Assembly (NCBI RefSeq): GCF_964204645.1
Contig: NC_134026.1
Location: 22,664,150-22,728,149 of the forward strand
Direction: 5' to 3'
Length of the DNA: 64,000 nt
Source of the DNA: Tubulanus polymorphus
Taxonomy: Eukaryota > Animalia > Nemertea
The stretch's first letter is position 1. Every line of letters starts with the position of its first letter. Made by a program: the position numbers and the translations under genes. The notes below the pieces were generated by a model, which had not been told where the DNA came from, made no database searches, and saw only the letters and a program-made list of their open reading frames with translations. Positions 58,201 through 64,000 of this stretch are shown piece by piece.

Positions 58201-61200
58201 TTGGATGTGTGGACTGCCTTTACAGGAAAATATACTTGATCGTATCATAAATAGATGTGATCATAAAGGACTAGGTCAATATGTGTAAGTATCTGTGAGT
58301 TCATCATTGTGTTATTCAAATCATTAGTTCAGGATTATATAGAAATATTTTATGCTTTTGGTCATAGATGGCAGCAGTTTTTGGATTATATAGAGAAAGT
58401 GACTCCAACACGAACTGGTATGTTTATTCCGACGAGTAAACGACCACTGGAGTACGCTATCGAGCGCCCTACACCCGGTCCAAATTGGCCTCTACCAGAA
58501 GGAGTTGCACCGCTTCATTCACATAGAGGGCGAGAGATCAAAGTACCTCGTGAAGAACCAAAAAAGGTATTTTTTATCACATGCTTTACTTGCACATATA
58601 TGAAAAATTGTTTCTTTATTTGCATGATTTTATGTTTATAGTCCTAAGTCTCTTATGTTAGGATTCCTGGGATAAACCTGTTGTAAATCTTATGTTGTTT
58701 TGTGTTTTTGCAGGCGAAATCAGTTTCACCTCCATTACCAACACCCCCTGCTCCCCCGGCTCAACCATTTGCACCCCCTATTGATATTGGTCGACAAAAA
58801 CGAATCGATGAGTTAGAACACCAACTGAAACAACTTGAAAGTGGTTACACGGTAAGAATCATACTTTACTCGGTGCTACTGTTCAAGAAAATTTATATGT
58901 TGAAACAGTTCCCTAGTTGTTAGGTGAATTTAACTCAATGTTAAAATTGGTTCATTTCTGATGTTTTACCGTGGAGTCATATTTTAACTGGAAACTATGG
59001 GACCAGTTCTGTTTTCTGTTTCTACAGAAGTTTGACTCATTATTAGCTAATACCGGTACTATCATCTTTCACGAATCAGATTTTATCAAAGATTTGTGTT
59101 CATTTTTCATACTATTTATATCAACAAAATGTTTGCGCTGCTGTGTTGTCTTCTGTGAGGGACTAAAAAAGCATTTTAGCTAAAAATGTTTTTAACCACG
59201 TGTAACTGAATCAATATAGGAATTAAAGAAGAATGTGTCTAATGAACGTAAAGCTAACAATGAAAAACGTGAACAAATTCGACAACAAATGATCGATAGT
59301 CTCGAGACACAAATAGGAGACTTAGACACGAAATATCAGGTATTGTTTCTGTTGCAATTATGTTTTCTGTTCTGCATTGTTGTTCTCTTTATTTCTTATG
59401 GTTTGCCAATGTCCATCTAGAGTTCTGATATGTTATATGAATAATAAATGAAATTCTTGAATAATAACGGTAACAGGCACCGGTACTTTTCAGCTACCGT
59501 TTTCAGCTACCGGGTGATTTCTTGAAAATTTGATAATTGTTTGAATATTTCTATACAAGTCAGTATCAATTGTTTAGGATCTTAAAAAGGAACAGAAGCA
59601 AAAACTGGCTGCAAACCAAGTGAAAAAACAACACGATTTACAAGAACAAGCGATTAGTTCATTGGAAAGTCAGATACATAATATTGAAGCTAAACATGAG
59701 GTATAGCTGTGCACTAATATAATTGTTTGTGCATTTATGGAAGTAATGTTTGGAACTAAACCTTTTTACAACCATTTAATAGAACTAAAAAGTGCAGTGA
59801 TTGTGGAATTGAACTAATTGGTCGATCTTTGCCGATTTTTTTGTCAGAAACTAAAAAATGAACGAGACCAAAATGAAGCCTTAGGCCAGTTAAATGAGCA
59901 TGATTTTGCTCATAAACAACTTATCGAAAAATTGGAGGCTCAACTCCATACTCTTAACAACAGATATCAGGTAAACTGAAATGTCTCACTCTTTTGATGC
60001 AGTGTCTTAAATTTTTACATGCACTAACTTTTTTCTAAATTCACATATTGATTATTATGTGTGTGTATACACTGATCAACACTGGTTTTGATTGTGTTAT
60101 GATAATTTAAAAACATAGTATTTCAAGTTGTTGCAAATGCAAATTGATACAAACTAAATGCTAAAGATTAAGGGAATTGTTATTAGGATTTGAGTAATAG
60201 CCGAGAGTTGGAAGAAGAACTGATGTTTACAATCAGTCCTAGGGAAAAAAATCAAGCTATTGCAGACCTGGAAACTCAAATTCGTGATCTTGATTCCAAA
60301 TATAAGGTACATTAGTATTGTCTCTTTTAAGTCCCTTCATCCTTCCTCACTATTTTATGATTCATCTACGTACCGCAATCATAAAAACGATTTGCTTGCT
60401 TTTGTCCTCAGTGTCTTCCTTTCTGATTCCTTTTCATTCATTGATCAGTAGAAATTATCTTGAATCATGAGAAAGACTCGATTTGAAAAACTAGTTACAT
60501 CTATCACTTTCGTGTTAGGATCTTAAAAATAACATTCGCAATCAAAAGGTTTATGCCTATGCTAAAGAACAAGAGGATAAATATCTTAACACTGCCAGAA
60601 AATTAGAAGGCCAACTTCACAATTTGCAAGAGAAATACCAGGTAGATAGATGCATAAAATTATCCATGATAATGCTTTTTGAGTGGATGAGTAGAATATT
60701 GTGATGTCTGAACACACAAAGCTAATCATGATTTTGTTTTGCTCGGAAGTAGAGCCAAAATATATTTATTCACTTGTTTGTTAGGATATGAAATCCGATC
60801 TGGTAAATGCAAATTCAATGGGCTATGCCAAGCAGCAGGAAGATACGTATATAATCAGTGCACGAAACTTGGAACAACATGTTAATCAGCTTGAGGAACA
60901 GTACGAGGTAGTTCCGAATCGAGCTTAAAATTCATTTACTGACGCATTAATAGAAAATAAGAAAACAGTTTGATTTTCCTGTAAACAGAGCTTAAAAAAT
61001 GATCAGAAACGTCAAAAAGAAAAAGAACAACAGCGTCAAGCAGAGTCTCTCCACCAACAAACTGTTCAAAAAATAGAGAATCAATTGAAGAGTCTTCATT
61101 CAAAATATGAGGTATGATACCTCAAATACCTTGAAGAGTATTAAAGAAATTATATCGCTAATCTACATACTAATCATTAAAACTGCCATGAATAAATCTA

Positions 61201-63987
61201 GGGCTTGAAAAAGAAAGGAAAGAGAAAAAAGAAATTAGGCCAGTCGGAGAATCATAAGCGGATGGTTCGTGGAATTGAAGATCAAATTGAGATTCTCGAA
61301 TTGAAATACGAGGACTTGAAAAGAGAGAAAATCCATCAGGAAAATCTTGACGAAATCCGCGCTGAGGAATCATACCATCCGATATATTCCACATTAGAAT
61401 CTCATTTAATTGATTTACAATCCAAATATCAGGTATATCCGTCGATGCCTAGTCGCTGAAATATGTACGGTAGCTTAGCTGCATCGGGTCGGGTTAATTA
61501 ATATTATATATAATGCAGGTTAAGTTGTTGCTTGGATATTCGTTATTAGTGCTGGTGACGTGTTGGTGGAGGTTGACTGTTTAATTCATTATAGTATGTT
61601 CATTACAGAATAGCTTATTAAAATTTTACCCAACATTTATTAATTCTACCGGTATATTTTATGATATTGTTATGATATCTTTATATTATAAGACATTAAT
61701 ATCACCGTTTGCTTTATTTTTCTTACACAGGTATTGTCACATATTGATATTGCTTTTTACCAGCAGCAATGTCTCTTATTAGAAATGTTGTTAGCTCGTG
61801 TTTCGTTATGCAATGCTTCATTTCAGATACGCTTTTTGTATTCGTCAGGAGCCAGATTCAATTTGACTGCAGAGTTACCGGTATACTAACTCGCAATATT
61901 GTGGAACTGGCTCCAAATATATTGTATTGAATGTACCGGTGTAATGTGCATACCAATACTCATTACTGCACTCCTGAGATATCTGCCACTTCATTGTGTT
62001 GTTGCTTTCTTGATCTTGATTATAGTACTGCGTGGACCGCGTATTCGCGTATTGGTGACGCAAGGAAAAAAGCTTTCTACTGATAAAATGTGTCGACTTG
62101 CGGTATATTTTCAGGATACAAAGAAGCGATTGTTACATACCCAACGTTACGGTCCCGATCAAAATATAGATCCACTGGAAAATATACCGTGGTTTCAGCG
62201 ATTTGTTCGTTTAGCCGATGCCTTATACAAAAACGATGTTGATAATTGCGGTTAGTTCCTTGCCTACATTTTATGCTGTAATTCATTAAATCTCATCTCT
62301 GTTTACTGGCAATTTCTGCCGTTGTTGCTGTGATTTTCAGGGTATCTAAAAACCGATGAAGTGCGGTGGTTAACTGATGAATATAATGATGTCTACAGTT
62401 TACATATACCAAATGAGATGATACAAGAAGCGATGCAACGTACCCGTCGTGACAATATGATAGATATTGCTCAATATGTCGACATTCTTGGCATGAATGG
62501 TAAGAAATCAATGTAATCAATCCAGGAGTTTACTCTTTTGCCTACCCATACCTGGCTTGAATACCTTCATGTGTCCCCAGTATATTAACGTCTATCACTT
62601 CTCGTTATCACTGATGATATGTTGTGGTTTACAGGTCCGAGTGATATGAAGTTTTACTGATGCGTACATTTGGATTATAATGTAATTTTGAAGTCGATTT
62701 GATTTTAGATTTCTGAAGAACTTTAGATGATTTTCTCCAATAGACTTTACCATATTAACCCTGTATCCTTGCATTTATGTGGATCTATATTCAACAATCT
62801 TCATCCAACCTTCCCGGACCATTTCATATTTATGTAGTATTTACTAACAGTTCTCGTTCAAAATGCAACTTTCATGTAATTATCCTGCATTTTTCATTAG
62901 CGAAGGAGTATTTTGAGAGATTTCGTGGAACACCTGTTGATCTCATACCAGTAGACCTGGTACAGATACAGTCAGAACCTACCCCACCGCGACCGCAACC
63001 ACCAGTTGTAAAGCCAATGCCACAACCACCTCCCATACCGCAACCTCGTCCATCTAAACCACCTCAACGACCACCTCCTATATTCGAGAGGACTCACTCT
63101 GCATCTCAGTGGTCTACAGAATATAGGCAATCCTATGTGTATGTACCATATAGCATCATAGATTTGTTATACATATGTATGCTTTTAAAGGTTGTGGTGG
63201 TACAGGGCTTAGTTCCACAGTTGTGGGATGGCTTCTCAAAGAAGAAATTGTAATCATTTCAATTTTTGGAATTTAAAAGTCAGCCGCGACTATGGAATTA
63301 GTTTTAGCTTCAGATATTATATGCCAGTTTAAGTGATGTGCTTGTCAAATATTTTCTTTATATAGATATTTTGTAGCCATTTCTGTAGTGATTTTTCATC
63401 ACATGTATCCCATACTAATTTCCTGTGTACAATAACTAATAAGTAGCTATCTGCTTGTTTATGTATGTTTACGTTATCAGTACAGTCTTTATTCATGAAT
63501 GTTATATAATTATCTCTCTATTAATGCTCAATCAGGAGACAAAACTGTTTCTTTAAAAGGTATAAATTAATATACTCTTTTAGTTAATACTGCTTTTTTG
63601 TGGTGGTACGTAGTATATAGTCGTAGTTGTGCAGTAGAATCCTGGTCCCAGTTCCAGAGTTCAAGATTAAATTTGAACTCATCAGAGTTTCAAATTTTAA
63701 CTGATGCATTGAACTGGAACCAGAGCCCAATTTCACAAAAAAAAACCGTATATTTGGTTTAGTTTCTATTAGTTATGTATGTGAAAAGAATGAACAAAAA
63801 TGATTAAATCTGAAATTCTTAGGCATACAATTTTGCAAAAGAAGGCCCAGCATTAAAATCATTAATTTCTTTTAGGAAACGGGTTGGCGAAAGGCCAGAA
63901 ATGGTTACCCCGAGAGAACATGGAAACCCACTGAAGTTTCATTGGACCGACCATGAGGAGAGAGAAGGGAACATTCTGCCGGGATGA
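52286..63987 (+). CDS. C1orf87-like EF-hand-fold protein with an inserted coiled-coil repeat array
   Basis: N-terminal PNVRMKIVGGKHVY, EF-like KLKDIYIDLTHGDGRLTGFV...LLRLLGSMF...INYEKVLSYI, and C-terminal WFQRFVRLADALYKNDVDNCGYL...YNDVYSLHI resemble my recollection of human C1orf87 (PEIMVKIIGSKHF, VNYEKLLWFL, WIDRFRKLENALYLCD). In-frame GT-AG exons run to TGA at 63985-63987. The start is uncertain (52286 or 53528). Confidence 0.72.
55122..55516. mobile_element. Tc1/mariner (pogo/Tigger-like) MITE
   Basis: ta-cagtcgaacct ... aggttcgactg-ta TIRs with TA duplication. Confidence 0.82.
59220..61432 (+). repeat. Array of tandemly duplicated phase-0 exons encoding about 40-41 aa coiled-coil repeats
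   Basis: Exons 59220-59339, 59578-59700, 59848-59970, 60187-60306, 60519-60641, 60785-60907, 60989-61111 and 61202-61432 (double unit). Each reads roughly [D/E]LK......LE.QI..L..KY[Q/E]. Confidence 0.9.
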
Positions 63988-64000
63988 CACGTTTAAATGC

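Overview
AT-rich, intron-dense animal genomic DNA (invertebrate-like; no prokaryotic features). Five protein genes are present. (1) PRPF8 on the minus strand, running off the left edge. (2) SARM1 (ARM-SAM-SAM-TIR NADase) on the plus strand, head-to-head with PRPF8, with two candidate alternative first coding exons. (3) Malectin (minus). (4) Head-to-head with malectin, an intact 9-exon gene encoding only the clathrin heavy-chain N-terminal beta-propeller plus linker (378 aa), then a stop. (5) A C1orf87-like EF-hand gene carrying an array of about 41-aa coiled-coil exons. PRPF8 introns hold six copies of a C/D-box snoRNA with the U21/SNORD21 guide, five of them in tandem in one intron. That array is split by a complete DIRS1-type tyrosine-recombinase retrotransposon (about 6.06 kb, with ITRs and ICR; RT decayed). 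The last SARM1 intron holds a Helentron-associated (HINE-like) element, and nested in it a TIR-bounded element containing about 20 copies of a 190-191 bp satellite. Several MITEs are also present. All calls were made by eye from the sequence; no database search was run.
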